Origin: Candidatus Glassbacteria bacterium RIFCSPLOWO2_12_FULL_58_11
GTDB taxonomy: Bacteria; Gemmatimonadota; Glassbacteria; GWA2-58-10
Reading direction: 5' to 3'
Assembly (NCBI GenBank): GCA_001780825.1
Contig: MFIX01000140.1
Coordinates: 1-34,323, forward strand
Length of the DNA stretch: 34,323 nucleotides
Shown: one piece after another, positions 20,080 to 30,082 of the stretch
Numbering within the stretch: position 1 is the stretch's first letter
Layout: each line of letters begins with the position of its first letter
Made by a program: the position numbers and the translations under genes
The notes under the pieces: model-generated
The model's database searches: none
What the model was told of the DNA's origin: nothing
What the model saw: the letters and a program-made list of their open reading frames with translations, nothing else

Positions 20080-21645
20080 ATGCAGCCGGTCCTTACAGCG
20101 GAACAGATGCGCCGGGTTGACCGGGCGACTATCGATGGGCTGGGGTTACCGGGCACCGTGCTGATGGAATCGGCGGGCCGGGCGGTGGCACAGGCTATCA
20201 GGGAGTTTCCGGCCACTTCGAGCCTTAAGCGTCCACTGGTACTCTGCGGCAAGGGCAATAACGGCGGAGATGGTTTCGTGGTCGCCCGCGCCCTGCAGGG
20301 GCATTCAGCCAGTGGCTTTCCGAGGATCATTCTGTGCGGAAAAGTGAACGAGCTGAGCGGCGATGCCGCACTGATGGCCCGGGTGGCCGTTAATTGTGGT
20401 ATCAAGGTAATCGAGTTGGATGAACATAACCTTCACCTGCTCGCCGCTGAGCTTGCGGCCTGCGACATGGTAGTCGACGCTCTCCTGGGGAGCGGGGCCG
20501 GGGGCGCGCCGCACGGGTTGATCGCGCGGGTCATCGAGACCCTGCAGGAATATCAGCCCGTCGTAGTGGCCGTAGATTCGCCGAGCGGAGTGGAAATGGA
20601 CAGCGGTCAAGTCCCCGGTGCGGCGGTAACTGCGGTCCTGACTGTTACTTTCGGCTTCGAAAAGATCGGCCACCGTTTCTACCCCGGGCGCTCCAGGTGC
20701 GGAAAGGTACTGGTCGCCGATATCGGCTTCCCGGAAGCCGCGCTTTCAGGGATCGACTGCAAGCTGTTTGTCTGCGAACCCGCCGATATCCGTCATCGCC
20801 TCCCGGTCCGCAGGGCGGACAGCCACAAGGGCGACTACGGCAAGGTGCTGGTGGTTGGCGGCTCTACCGGCTTGACCGGGGCTGCGGTGATGGCCGCCGA
20901 GGCCGCCCTGGTTGCCGGCGCGGGAATGGTCACCGCCGGAGTGCCGCAGTCCCTGAACCCGGTATTTGAAGCCAAGCTCACCGAGGCGATGACCCTGCCA
21001 TTGCCGGATACCGGCAATGGCTTTCTCGCGGCTAAAGGACTGGATAAAGTCCTAGAATTCCTTACCGGGATGGATGTGCTGGCGCTTGGTCCAGGCCTGG
21101 GCCGGGATGAGGAGACGGTAAAATTCGCTCGCGGGCTGGCCCGCGCTGCTGTAAAATTGCCGGTGGTGATCGATGCCGATGGCCTGAACGCCTTCGCGGC
21201 CGAGCCCTCGACGCTCGAAGCCTTCGGCGGAACGGTAGTGATAACGCCGCATCCGGGTGAGATGGCCCGCCTTTGCGGCTCGAGCGTGGAAATGGTGCGC
21301 TCTGAGCCGGTAAAGGTGGCTCGCGAATTCGCCGAGAGCCATGGCGTAGTGGTTGCGCTCAAGGGGCCGCCAACCGTGGTTGCCGGGCCGGGCGGCCGGG
21401 CGGTGATCAATCCCACCGGCGGACCGGCGATGGCCAAGGCCGGCAGCGGAGACGTGCTGACCGGGATAATCGCCGGGCTTCTAGCCCAGGGCCTCGAACC
21501 TTTCGATGCGGCTTTCTGCGGCTCGTACCTTCACGGCCTGGCCGGCGATATCGCCGCCGGGGAACTCGGGCCTTACAGCGTAGTGGCCGGCGATATTCTG
21601 GCGCGGATCGGCCGGGCGATCGGCCGGGTGAATGAGCGGGATTGA
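20080..21645 (+). CDS. nnr: Bifunctional NAD(P)H-hydrate epimerase/dehydratase
   Basis: LMESAG, CGKGNNGGDG, DSPSG, HKGDYG, TPHPGEMARL, AGSGDVLTG. Confidence 0.95.
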   Translation: MQPVLTAEQMRRVDRATIDGLGLPGTVLMESAGRAVAQAIREFPATSSLKRPLVLCGKGNNGGDGFVVARALQGHSASGFPRIILCGKVNELSGDAALMARVAVNCGIKVIELDEHNLHLLAAELAACDMVVDALLGSGAGGAPHGLIARVIETLQEYQPVVVAVDSPSGVEMDSGQVPGAAVTAVLTVTFGFEKIGHRFYPGRSRCGKVLVADIGFPEAALSGIDCKLFVCEPADIRHRLPVRRADSHKGDYGKVLVVGGSTGLTGAAVMAAEAALVAGAGMVTAGVPQSLNPVFEAKLTEAMTLPLPDTGNGFLAAKGLDKVLEFLTGMDVLALGPGLGRDEETVKFARGLARAAVKLPVVIDADGLNAFAAEPSTLEAFGGTVVITPHPGEMARLCGSSVEMVRSEPVKVAREFAESHGVVVALKGPPTVVAGPGGRAVINPTGGPAMAKAGSGDVLTGIIAGLLAQGLEPFDAAFCGSYLHGLAGDIAAGELGPYSVVAGDILARIGRAIGRVNERD

Positions 21646-21713
21646 GAGCTTGGCTAAAGCGCTCCGGCCGGTATCTTTAAGCTTGACAATCAAATAAATC
21701 GAGGATATTTTAA

Positions 21714-22256
21714 ATGTCTGTGCTGTTAATAGATTTGGACGACCTAAAGGCCGGCTCTTTCAGCGCTTCCGGTTCTTTCCGGTCCGCCTCTCTGGAGCTG
21801 GACCCGGATTCCGCTTTCAGGTTTTCCGGGCAGATAAAGCTGAGCGTCCGGATCAACACTACCGATAAGCTGACCTATTATGTCTCGGGCCGGCTGAATT
21901 ATCAGGCGCAGGGCGATTGCCGGCGCTGCCTCCGTGAAGTTAATGAGCCTGTGGAGACGGAGTTCAGGGGAGTATTCGCGTTTCCCGAGGCTTTGGAAAA
22001 GCTGGCCCCCACCCGGGAGGAGCAGGCAGCCGAAGAGATATTCCCTCTCAAGCACGGCGAGACGAATATCGACCTGACCGCGTTGGTGCGCGAAAGCCTG
22101 CTCCTGGAATATCCGTTATACGTTCAATGCGCCGAAGATTGCCGTGGATTTTGCCCGAGTTGCGGAGCCAATCTCAATGTAGAGAGCTGTAAGTGCCGGA
22201 ATCTAGTCCGCGACGCGCGCTGGGCCAAGCTGCTTGATTTGAACCGGGATAAATAA
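21714..22256 (+). CDS. yceD: DUF177/YceD family protein
   Basis: CRRCL, CAEDCRGFCPSCGANLN, DARWAKL; immediately upstream of rpmF. Confidence 0.9.
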   Translation: MSVLLIDLDDLKAGSFSASGSFRSASLELDPDSAFRFSGQIKLSVRINTTDKLTYYVSGRLNYQAQGDCRRCLREVNEPVETEFRGVFAFPEALEKLAPTREEQAAEEIFPLKHGETNIDLTALVRESLLLEYPLYVQCAEDCRGFCPSCGANLNVESCKCRNLVRDARWAKLLDLNRDK

Positions 22257-22332
22257 GCTGTACATAGGTTTTTCTTTCTTACCGGAAGGCGATTCTCGCT
22301 ATCACCTTCCGTTTGACTATTAAGGAGGAATC

Positions 22333-22512
22333 ATGGCAGTACCTCGGACTAGATGTTCGAAAACGCGGAAGAGACAAAGAAGGACGCATTTCAAGTTAAA
22401 GTCGCCTTCATTTGCGGTGTGTTCCAATTGCGGCCAGCAGAAGCAGCCGCATCAGGTTTGTGGACATTGCGGGTACTACAATGGCCGCGAGGTGATCGAG
22501 GTCGCAGAATAA
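22333..22512 (+). CDS. rpmF: 50S ribosomal protein L32 (zinc-binding form), absent from the ORF track
   Basis: [59 protein letters not shown]; AAGGAGG RBS. Confidence 0.97.
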   Translation: MAVPRTRCSKTRKRQRRTHFKLKSPSFAVCSNCGQQKQPHQVCGHCGYYNGREVIEVAE

Positions 22513-22652
22513 CCCTGGCGCAGATCCTCTTTCTTCGTGATCTTTAACCGGCGGAATGCCGGACGGGATGCAGGCGGGAATTTGTCAGTCGGTTTCGCAC
22601 TGTATTCTGAATTCAGGCCGCAAGGCAATATTGAAAGGTATCGGGACATTCA

Positions 22653-23684
22653 ATGCGGATTGCGCTTGATGCCATGGGTGGGGATAATATCCCCGGTGTT
22701 CCGATCCGGGGGGCGGTGGAGGCGATTGAGCAGCTCGAGCCCGATTTCGAACTGATCCTGGTTGGAGACAAGGCGCTGATCAAGCGTAATCTGGATAATT
22801 ACCGGGAGCTTGATCTCAGCCGCATCGAAATCGTACACGCGCCGGAAGTGGTGGAAATGGGCGAAAGCCCGAGCGTGGCCTTAAGAAAAAAGAAGCGTTC
22901 CTCGATCGCGGTCGGGATCGAATTGACCGCCCGGAAAGAAGCCCAGGCATTTATCAGTGCCGGGAACACCGGCGCGGTCATGGCCGCCTCTCTCCTGGGT
23001 CTGGGCAGAATCAGCGGGATCAGCCGTCCCGGAATCTGCAGCGTTTTTCCGACCACTAAGAAATCCTGCGTTGTGGTGGATGTGGGGGCCAATGTGGACT
23101 CCAAGCCCGCGCATCTGCTGCATTTTGCCCTGATGGGGGCGATATACTCGGAAAAAGTGCTCGGCACCCCCCGGCCCCGTGTCGGGCTGCTCAATGTCGG
23201 CGAGGAGCCGGGCAAGGGAGATGAGCTCTCAGTCGCCACCCATAAGCTGCTTTCCGCCAGCTCGCTGAACTTCATCGGCAATGTCGAGGGCGGGGATATC
23301 TTCGAGGGGCTGGCGGATGTGGTGGTCTGTGACGGGTTCGTGGGCAATGTCGTCCTCAAGCTAAGTGAAAAGATCCTGAACCTGCTGATCAGCCACCTGA
23401 AAACCGAGATCAAAGCCAATCCTCTTGCCGCGCTGGGTTTTCTGCTGCTCAAACAGACCTTTGAGGACATGAAAAAGACCTTCGATTATACGGAGTACGG
23501 AGGGGCGCCGCTGCTGGGTATCGAAGGCACGACCATCATCTGTCACGGCGGCTCTCCGCCGCGGGCTTTCCGCAATGCCATTAAATCCGCCAGATTAGCC
23601 GTACTGAATAATATTAACGAGATTATCCGTCAGGAAGTCAAACAATACCAGACCCCGAATACGAATAATGAAAACTTATCTTAA
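22653..23684 (+). CDS. plsX: Phosphate acyltransferase
   Basis: IALDAMGGD, SAGNTGA, DVGANVD, CDGFVGN, YGGAPLLG. Confidence 0.96.
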   Translation: MRIALDAMGGDNIPGVPIRGAVEAIEQLEPDFELILVGDKALIKRNLDNYRELDLSRIEIVHAPEVVEMGESPSVALRKKKRSSIAVGIELTARKEAQAFISAGNTGAVMAASLLGLGRISGISRPGICSVFPTTKKSCVVVDVGANVDSKPAHLLHFALMGAIYSEKVLGTPRPRVGLLNVGEEPGKGDELSVATHKLLSASSLNFIGNVEGGDIFEGLADVVVCDGFVGNVVLKLSEKILNLLISHLKTEIKANPLAALGFLLLKQTFEDMKKTFDYTEYGGAPLLGIEGTTIICHGGSPPRAFRNAIKSARLAVLNNINEIIRQEVKQYQTPNTNNENLS

Positions 23685-24651
23685 AGTTGTCTCGACTGGA
23701 ATCGCCATACCGGACAAAGTAATCTCCAATGCCGATCTGGAAAAGATGGTCGAGACCAGCGATGACTGGATTGTCACCCGGACCGGCATACATGAGCGGC
23801 GGATCAGCGAAAACGGGGTATCCTCCGGCGATCTGGGCGCGCAAGCCGCACGGATGGCGCTGGACAACGCCGGATTGAGCGCCGGGGATATCGACCTGAT
23901 TATGGTCGCCACGGCCAGCGGGGACCACCTCTTTCCCTCGACCGCCTGCATAATCCAGAACAAGCTCGGCGCGAAACAGGCTACCGCCTTCGACATCTCG
24001 GCCGCCTGCAGCGGTTTCCTGTACTGCCTGACTGTGGCTCACAGTTTATTGAGCACCGGCTCCTTTCGTACGGCGCTCATCATCGGCGCTGAAACTTTGA
24101 GCAAGATCACCGATTACTCCGACCGCTCGACCTGCGTACTTTTCGGTGATGGAGCCGGCGCGATGATAGTCACCCTGGGCACCGACGATAAGGGGCTTTT
24201 TGCCAGCCATCTCGGCAGCGATGGGAGTTACGCCCCGCTGTTGAACCTCCCGGCCGGCGGCAGCCGCCTGCCGGCCAGCCTGGAGACGGTGCGGCAGGAT
24301 CTGCATTATATCAAAATGAATGGCAACGAGCTGTTCAAGGTGGCGGTCCGCTCGATGGAAGAGGCCGCTATCATGACTCTTTCCAAGGCGCACGTCAGCA
24401 CCGCGCAGCTCGACCTGCTGATACCGCATCAGGCCAATATCCGGATCATCAATTCCCTGGTCAAGCGCCTGGGAGTCGAGGAAAAGAAAGTGTATGTCAA
24501 TATCGAGCGCTACGGCAACACCTCCGCGGCCTCGATACCTATCGCCTACCACGAGGCGCGCGCGCAGGGCCTGTGCGATGAGAATTCGCTGATCCTGATG
24601 GTTGCCTTTGGCGGAGGAATCACCTGGGGTGGCGTGTTGATCAGGGGCTGA
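23668..24651 (+). CDS. fabH: Beta-ketoacyl-ACP synthase III
   Basis: AACSGF, PHQAN, GNTSAAS. Confidence 0.96.
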   Translation: MKTYLKVVSTGIAIPDKVISNADLEKMVETSDDWIVTRTGIHERRISENGVSSGDLGAQAARMALDNAGLSAGDIDLIMVATASGDHLFPSTACIIQNKLGAKQATAFDISAACSGFLYCLTVAHSLLSTGSFRTALIIGAETLSKITDYSDRSTCVLFGDGAGAMIVTLGTDDKGLFASHLGSDGSYAPLLNLPAGGSRLPASLETVRQDLHYIKMNGNELFKVAVRSMEEAAIMTLSKAHVSTAQLDLLIPHQANIRIINSLVKRLGVEEKKVYVNIERYGNTSAASIPIAYHEARAQGLCDENSLILMVAFGGGITWGGVLIRG

Positions 24652-24698
24652 GCTGTCCAGGTTGGCTTTAGCGCGGCAAGGAAAGGATTTCAGGCAAG

Positions 24699-25613
24699 TT
24701 GAAAACAGCGGTGGTTTTTCCGGGCCAGGGCTCGCAGTTCGTGGGGATGGGAAAGGACTTGTTCGAGAACAGCGAACCCTCCCGCGCGCTGTTTAAGCTG
24801 GCGAGTGAGAAACTGGGTTACGATCTGGCTGAGGTTTGTTTCAACGGGCCCGAGGAAGAGCTGAGCCAGACCCGGGTGACCCAGCCGGCGATATATGTCC
24901 ACAGTGTCGCGGTGTTCCGCCTGCTGGAAGAAAAGGGATTCAAGGCTGATTTCGCCGCCGGTCACAGCCTGGGCGAGTACAGTGCCCTGACCGCCGCCGG
25001 GTTTCTTTCTTTCGAGGAAGGACTCGAGCTGGTCGGTCTGCGCGGCCGGCTGATGCAAGAAGCCGGGGAAAAGGCCCCGGGCGCGATGGCGGCGGTGATC
25101 GGACTGGAGGACCGGAGAGTCGAGGAGCTCTGCCGTGAGACTGGAGAGACCGTGGTTCCGGCGAATTTCAATGCCCCGGGACAATTGGTGGTGAGCGGCA
25201 GCCTCCAGGGCGTCGATAAATTGATCGAGGCCGCCCAAAAAGCCGGTGCCCGCCTGGTAAAGAAACTTAAGGTAAGCGGGGCCTTTCACTCGCCGCTCAT
25301 GTCTTATGCAGCCGCGGCCATGCGCGAGCGGCTGGCGCAGGCGAAAATCGTTTCAGGCCGGATCCCGGTGGTGGCGAATGTCAGCGCCGGGTTCGAAACT
25401 GATCCGGAGCGGATCAGGGACCTGCTGGTGGAACAGATAACCAGCCCCGTGCGCTGGACTGACTCGGTCGAGACTCTGGCCGCGGGAGGGGCGCTAAGGT
25501 TTGTCGAAGCCGGACCGGGCAATGTGCTCTCCGGGCTTTGCCGCAGGATAAAGCGGGAGCTGGAAATCACGAGTATCGGTAAGCTTGAAGAAATCAAGGC
25601 ATTTAGCGCTTAA
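24699..25613 (+). CDS. fabD: Malonyl-CoA:ACP transacylase
   Basis: FPGQGSQ, GHSLGEY, AFHS; TTG start. Confidence 0.96.
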   Translation: MKTAVVFPGQGSQFVGMGKDLFENSEPSRALFKLASEKLGYDLAEVCFNGPEEELSQTRVTQPAIYVHSVAVFRLLEEKGFKADFAAGHSLGEYSALTAAGFLSFEEGLELVGLRGRLMQEAGEKAPGAMAAVIGLEDRRVEELCRETGETVVPANFNAPGQLVVSGSLQGVDKLIEAAQKAGARLVKKLKVSGAFHSPLMSYAAAAMRERLAQAKIVSGRIPVVANVSAGFETDPERIRDLLVEQITSPVRWTDSVETLAAGGALRFVEAGPGNVLSGLCRRIKRELEITSIGKLEEIKAFSA

Positions 25614-25655
25614 GAATCGCAGTTTGACTTTACTTTTTTTGCGAGTAGTATTAAA

Positions 25656-26396
25656 ATGTTGCTGAAAAATCAGGTGGCTTTGATTACCGGGGCGGCGCGG
25701 GGTATCGGCAAGGCCGTGGCTGCCCGCCTGGCCGCGGAAGGGGCTACTGTTATCCTCGTGGATATCGATGGCGGAGCGGCCGCCGCGACTGCGGCTGAGC
25801 TGGCGGCGAAGGGGATACGGACCGAATCATTTGCCTGTGATGTCTCCAACCCGGTCCAGGTGGAGGAAGTAGTCGGCAAAGCGGTGGAAAAGCTGGACCG
25901 CCTGGATATCCTGATCAATAACGCCGGTATCACGCGCGATGGGCTCCTGATGCGGATGAAACCCGAGGACTGGGACCTGGTGCTGGCGGTCAATTTGAAG
26001 GGGGCGTTTAACTTTATCCACTCCGCCTGCCGTCAGATGCTGAAACAGCGGTCAGGCTCGATTGTCAATATATCCTCGGTGGTCGGCTTGATGGGCAATG
26101 CCGGCCAGGCCAATTACTCCGCATCCAAAGCCGGGCTTCTCGGCTTGACCAAATCCGCGGCCAAGGAATTTGCCGGCCGCGGGATACGGGTAAATGCGGT
26201 CGCTCCGGGTTATATCGAATCGGAGATGACCGCGGCTTTGCCGCAGGAGGTCAGAGAGGGCTGGCTCGCCTCGATTCCGATGAAACGCGGCGGGACGCTC
26301 GAAGATGTAGCCGCCGCAGTCGCTTTCCTGGTGGGACCGGACTCGGTTTACATCACGGGTCAGGTTCTGCAGGTTGATGGCGGGATGATCATGTAG
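25656..26396 (+). CDS. fabG: 3-oxoacyl-ACP reductase
   Basis: TGAARGIG, NNAGITRD, YSASK. Confidence 0.96.
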   Translation: MLLKNQVALITGAARGIGKAVAARLAAEGATVILVDIDGGAAAATAAELAAKGIRTESFACDVSNPVQVEEVVGKAVEKLDRLDILINNAGITRDGLLMRMKPEDWDLVLAVNLKGAFNFIHSACRQMLKQRSGSIVNISSVVGLMGNAGQANYSASKAGLLGLTKSAAKEFAGRGIRVNAVAPGYIESEMTAALPQEVREGWLASIPMKRGGTLEDVAAAVAFLVGPDSVYITGQVLQVDGGMIM

Positions 26397-26449
26397 TTTG
26401 ATTGAAACGGGTCTTTTTTGTTCTGAACCTATTTTACGGAGGATGTCAG

Positions 26450-26701
26450 ATGGCCAATTATGCTAACAAGGTTAAAGAGATTATCATCGAAAAACTCGGT
26501 GTCGATGCGGAGAAAGTCACCGATGACGCGTCTTTCGTCGAGGATCTCGGAGCGGACAGCCTGGATACGGTCGAGCTGGTGATGGATTTCGAAGAGGAAT
26601 TCGACTTGGAAATCCCGGATGAGGAAGCTGAAAAGCTCACCACGGTGGGCGCGGCGATCAAGTACCTGGAAGAAAAGTTGGGAAGCAAGGAAGCCTCCTG
26701 A
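26450..26701 (+). CDS. acpP: Acyl carrier protein
   Basis: [11 protein letters not shown]; GGAGG before ATG 26450. Confidence 0.97.
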   Translation: MANYANKVKEIIIEKLGVDAEKVTDDASFVEDLGADSLDTVELVMDFEEEFDLEIPDEEAEKLTTVGAAIKYLEEKLGSKEAS

Positions 26702-26822
26702 GTTTTGGCAGGATTGCTTCTCCGGGCCAGGAAATGGACCGGTAGGTATTATTTCTGTTTGCAGTTTGCCGCACGGGGCGCCGTCAGGGATTCAGCCTGC
26801 GCTGTTGATAAAGGAAAAGTAG

Positions 26823-28064
26823 ATGGCCAGAAGAGTCGTAATTACCGGAGTCGGGGCGGTAACTCCTTTGGGAAATGACGTTAAAACCTCCTGGGAGGGA
26901 CTCCTCGAAGGCCGCAGCGGCATCGATACGATCAAGGCTTTTGATGCCAGCCTGTTCGAAACCAGGTTCGCCGGCGAATTGAAAGGTTTCGACCCCCAGA
27001 AATACATGGACCGCAAGGAAGTCAACCGGACGGATAAGTTCGTCCACTTTGCGGTAGCGGCCAGTACCATGGCCCTCGAGGATAGCGGGGATAAGATAAC
27101 CGATCCCGCGGAACGCGAGCGCTTCGGTGTGATTATCGGCTCCGGGATCGGGGGGATCGAGACTCATGAAACCCAGCATTCGCGCTATTTGAAAGGCGGA
27201 CCGGGACGGATCAGTCCGTTTTATGTGCCGATGATGATTTCGGACATGGCCGCCGGCTACGTCTCGATCCATTTTCAGGCCAAGGGACCCAATTTCTGCA
27301 CTGTTTCCGCCTGCGCCTCAGCCGGCCATGCGGTCGGGATGGCTTTCCGCTCGATCAAATACGGCGAATCGGACATGATGCTGACCGGAGGCACTGAATC
27401 CTCGATCACTCAAATGGGTCTGGGGGGATTCTGCGCCTGTAAAGCGCTGTCCACCCGTAACGAGGATCCGCAGAGCGCCTCGCGGCCTTTCGATAAGACG
27501 CGTGATGGTTTCGTGCTTGGCGACGGCGCGGGAATCCTCTTCCTGGAGGAGTACGAGCGCGCCAGGGCCCGCGGTGCCAGGATTTACGCCGAGGTGGTCG
27601 GCGTGGGCAGCACGGCCGACGCTTATCATATCACAGCCCCGGCCGAGCAGGGCGAGGGAGCGCAGCGGGCGATGAAAGCCGCTTTGGCCGAGGCGAAGCT
27701 CAACTCCGAGGACATCGATTATATCAATGCGCACGGCACCTCGACCGAACATAATGATGCTACCGAGACTTTCGCCATTAAAAAAGTTTTCGGCGACCGG
27801 GCCAGGGATGGACTGGTGGTGAGCTCCACCAAGTCGATGACCGGCCACCTGCTGGGCGCTGCCGGCGGCATCGAGGCCATATTCTCCGCCCTGACCATCT
27901 ACCACGGAGTTGTGCCGCCCACCATCAATTACCGTCATCCGGACCCGGAGTGCGACCTGGACTATTGTCCGAATGAGGCCCGCCGGATGAACGTCTCCGC
28001 TGCCTTGAGCAATTCTTTCGGATTCGGCGGGCACAATGTGACAATCGCCCTGAAAAAGGTCTGA
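26823..28064 (+). CDS. fabF: Beta-ketoacyl-ACP synthase II
   Basis: SACAS, NAHGTST, GHLLGAAG, NSFGFGGHN. Confidence 0.96.
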   Translation: MARRVVITGVGAVTPLGNDVKTSWEGLLEGRSGIDTIKAFDASLFETRFAGELKGFDPQKYMDRKEVNRTDKFVHFAVAASTMALEDSGDKITDPAERERFGVIIGSGIGGIETHETQHSRYLKGGPGRISPFYVPMMISDMAAGYVSIHFQAKGPNFCTVSACASAGHAVGMAFRSIKYGESDMMLTGGTESSITQMGLGGFCACKALSTRNEDPQSASRPFDKTRDGFVLGDGAGILFLEEYERARARGARIYAEVVGVGSTADAYHITAPAEQGEGAQRAMKAALAEAKLNSEDIDYINAHGTSTEHNDATETFAIKKVFGDRARDGLVVSSTKSMTGHLLGAAGGIEAIFSALTIYHGVVPPTINYRHPDPECDLDYCPNEARRMNVSAALSNSFGFGGHNVTIALKKV

Positions 28065-28089
28065 TTTCACGGAATATCAGGTAAAAATA

Positions 28090-28884
28090 ATGCTGGCCAG
28101 GCCATTCAGGTTTGTGGCCGGACTTTTCAAAACCAGCCGGCCTGCGGACAATCGAAAAAAAAAGCTAAGCCGTCTTGAGCATAGTGTCGGGTACCTTTTC
28201 AAAGAACATAAACTGCTCGAGACGGCTCTTTCTCATTTATCCTATGTAAACGAAAACGCAGGCGATTACGCGGACAGCAATGAGCGCCTGGAGTTTCTCG
28301 GCGATGCGGTCCTGGATCTGGCGGTTTCCGAGTACCTTTTTACGCGCTTTGGCTCCTGCAGCGAGGGGGACCTGACCCGGATCAAATCCTCGATCGTCTC
28401 GCGCGCCGCCCTGGCGGGGAAGGGGCAGGAGCTGAGGCTGGAAGACTACATCCTTTATTCGAAGGACAGCTTTCCGGACTTGCGCAGGGGAAAAGTGACG
28501 ATCATATCGAACGCGCTCGAAGCCCTGATCGGAGCGATTTATCTGGATGGAGGGCTTGACGCGGCCAAGTCGTTCATCTATAACAAGCTCCTCGACAGGG
28601 GGCGGGCCGATTTCACTTTCGACAGCCTGCAGGAGGCCAAGAACAGCCTGCTGCACCATTCCCAGGTAAAATTTCACTGCCAGCCCTCGTACCGGATTGT
28701 CGAGGTGAGCGGCCCGGAGCACGCCAAGGAATTTGTCTGCGAAGTCCGGATCAGGGACCGGATCATGGGCCGGGGTATCGGCTCGAATAAAAAAGAAGCG
28801 GAAAAGAAAGCCGCCGTACAAGCCCTGGAGCAGTTGGCCGAAGCAGAAACTACGGAAAACAACAATCACGGATCGCCTGACTAA
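28090..28884 (+). CDS. rnc: Ribonuclease III
   Basis: NERLEFLGDAVL, EALIGAIYLDGG, C-terminal dsRBD. Confidence 0.95.
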   Translation: MLARPFRFVAGLFKTSRPADNRKKKLSRLEHSVGYLFKEHKLLETALSHLSYVNENAGDYADSNERLEFLGDAVLDLAVSEYLFTRFGSCSEGDLTRIKSSIVSRAALAGKGQELRLEDYILYSKDSFPDLRRGKVTIISNALEALIGAIYLDGGLDAAKSFIYNKLLDRGRADFTFDSLQEAKNSLLHHSQVKFHCQPSYRIVEVSGPEHAKEFVCEVRIRDRIMGRGIGSNKKEAEKKAAVQALEQLAEAETTENNNHGSPD

Positions 28885-28918
28885 TCTGAACCGGGACATC
28901 AATCGCCACGGAGTGACA

Positions 28919-30082
28919 ATGGAGTATTTCCTGACTGAAGAGCAGCTCGAGATCAAGCGCCTGGCGCGCCGGATCGCCGAGAATCATGTAATCCCCCAGC
29001 GAGCGGAGCTGGACAAGAACGCTGAATTCCCGCATGCGATCATGAAAGAAATCGCCGAAGCCGGCCTGCCGGCGATCTATATCCCGGAGGAGTACGATGG
29101 GATCGGAGCGGGGCTGCTGGAGCTGTGTCTGGCCACCGAGGAGCTGAGCCGGGCCTGCGGCGGAGTCGGTGTGACCTATGCGGCCAGCTCGCTGGGCAGT
29201 TTTCCGATAATTATCGGTGGCAGCCACGAGCAGAAGGCCAGATTTTTGCCGCCGATCGCCTCCGGCGAGCATTACGCGGCATTCTGCCTGACCGAGGCCG
29301 GGGCCGGCTCGGACGCCGGCAACATCTCGACGAATGCGCGCAAGGTCGGCAATGAATACGTAATTAATGGGACCAAGCAGTGGATCACCAATGGCTGCGA
29401 GGCGCATACCTACACGGTTTTCGCGAAGACCGACAAGGCCCGTGGGGCGCGCGGGATCAGCGCATTCGTGGTCGAAAAAGGCACCCCCGGGCTCTCTTTC
29501 GGCAAAAAAGAGGACAAGCTGGGGATCCGCTGTTCCGCCACCTATGAGGTCGTATTTGAGGACTGCGTAGTGCCCGCGGAGAACCTTCTCGGCCGGGAAG
29601 GCGCCGGGTTCAGTATCGCCATGCGCACCTTCGACAAGTCCCGTCCGGGGATCGGCGCGCAGTCGATCGGGATCGCCCAGGGCGCCTATGAGGCCGCCCT
29701 CAATTACGCCTATACTCGTCAGCAGTTCGGCCAGTCGATCCTGAATTTTCAGGCGGTCTCGTTCATGCTAGCTGACATGGCGATCCAGATCGAGGCTGCC
29801 CGGGCTCTTACCTACCAGGTCGCCCGGATGGTCGACGCCGGAATAAAGAATTACGGCAAGGAAAGCGCCATGTGCAAGGTCTTTCCCTCGGACGTGGCGA
29901 TGCGGGTGACCACCGATGCTATACAGATTATGGGCGGTTACGGCTATATGAAAGATTACCCGGCGGAGAAGTATTTCCGCGATGCCAAGATCACCCAGAT
30001 CTACGAGGGCACCAACCAGATACAGCGGCAGATCATTGCCTCCAGCCTTATTCGGGAAATGGCGAGCGGACAGAGGGGTTAG
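28919..30082 (+). CDS. Acyl-CoA dehydrogenase (short/branched-chain type)
   Basis: FCLTEAGAGSD, NGTKQWITNG, QIMGGYGY, IYEGTNQIQR; GGAG RBS before ATG 28919. Confidence 0.93.
   Translation: MEYFLTEEQLEIKRLARRIAENHVIPQRAELDKNAEFPHAIMKEIAEAGLPAIYIPEEYDGIGAGLLELCLATEELSRACGGVGVTYAASSLGSFPIIIGGSHEQKARFLPPIASGEHYAAFCLTEAGAGSDAGNISTNARKVGNEYVINGTKQWITNGCEAHTYTVFAKTDKARGARGISAFVVEKGTPGLSFGKKEDKLGIRCSATYEVVFEDCVVPAENLLGREGAGFSIAMRTFDKSRPGIGAQSIGIAQGAYEAALNYAYTRQQFGQSILNFQAVSFMLADMAIQIEAARALTYQVARMVDAGIKNYGKESAMCKVFPSDVAMRVTTDAIQIMGGYGYMKDYPAEKYFRDAKITQIYEGTNQIQRQIIASSLIREMASGQRG

Noticed and set aside
21683-21711. TTGACA-N17-TATTTT before yceD
   Set aside because: Predicted TSS would fall after ATG 21714, and the GAGGA inside it reads better as the RBS; only viable with a near-leaderless GTG 21720 start
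22353-22547. 64-aa ORF in the track
   Set aside because: Out-of-frame overlap with the real rpmF at 22333-22512
28501-28530. RNase III has SNALEA where ADxxEA is typical
   Set aside because: Asn at this position occurs in other RNase III proteins and the key ERLEFLGD motif and Glu are intact
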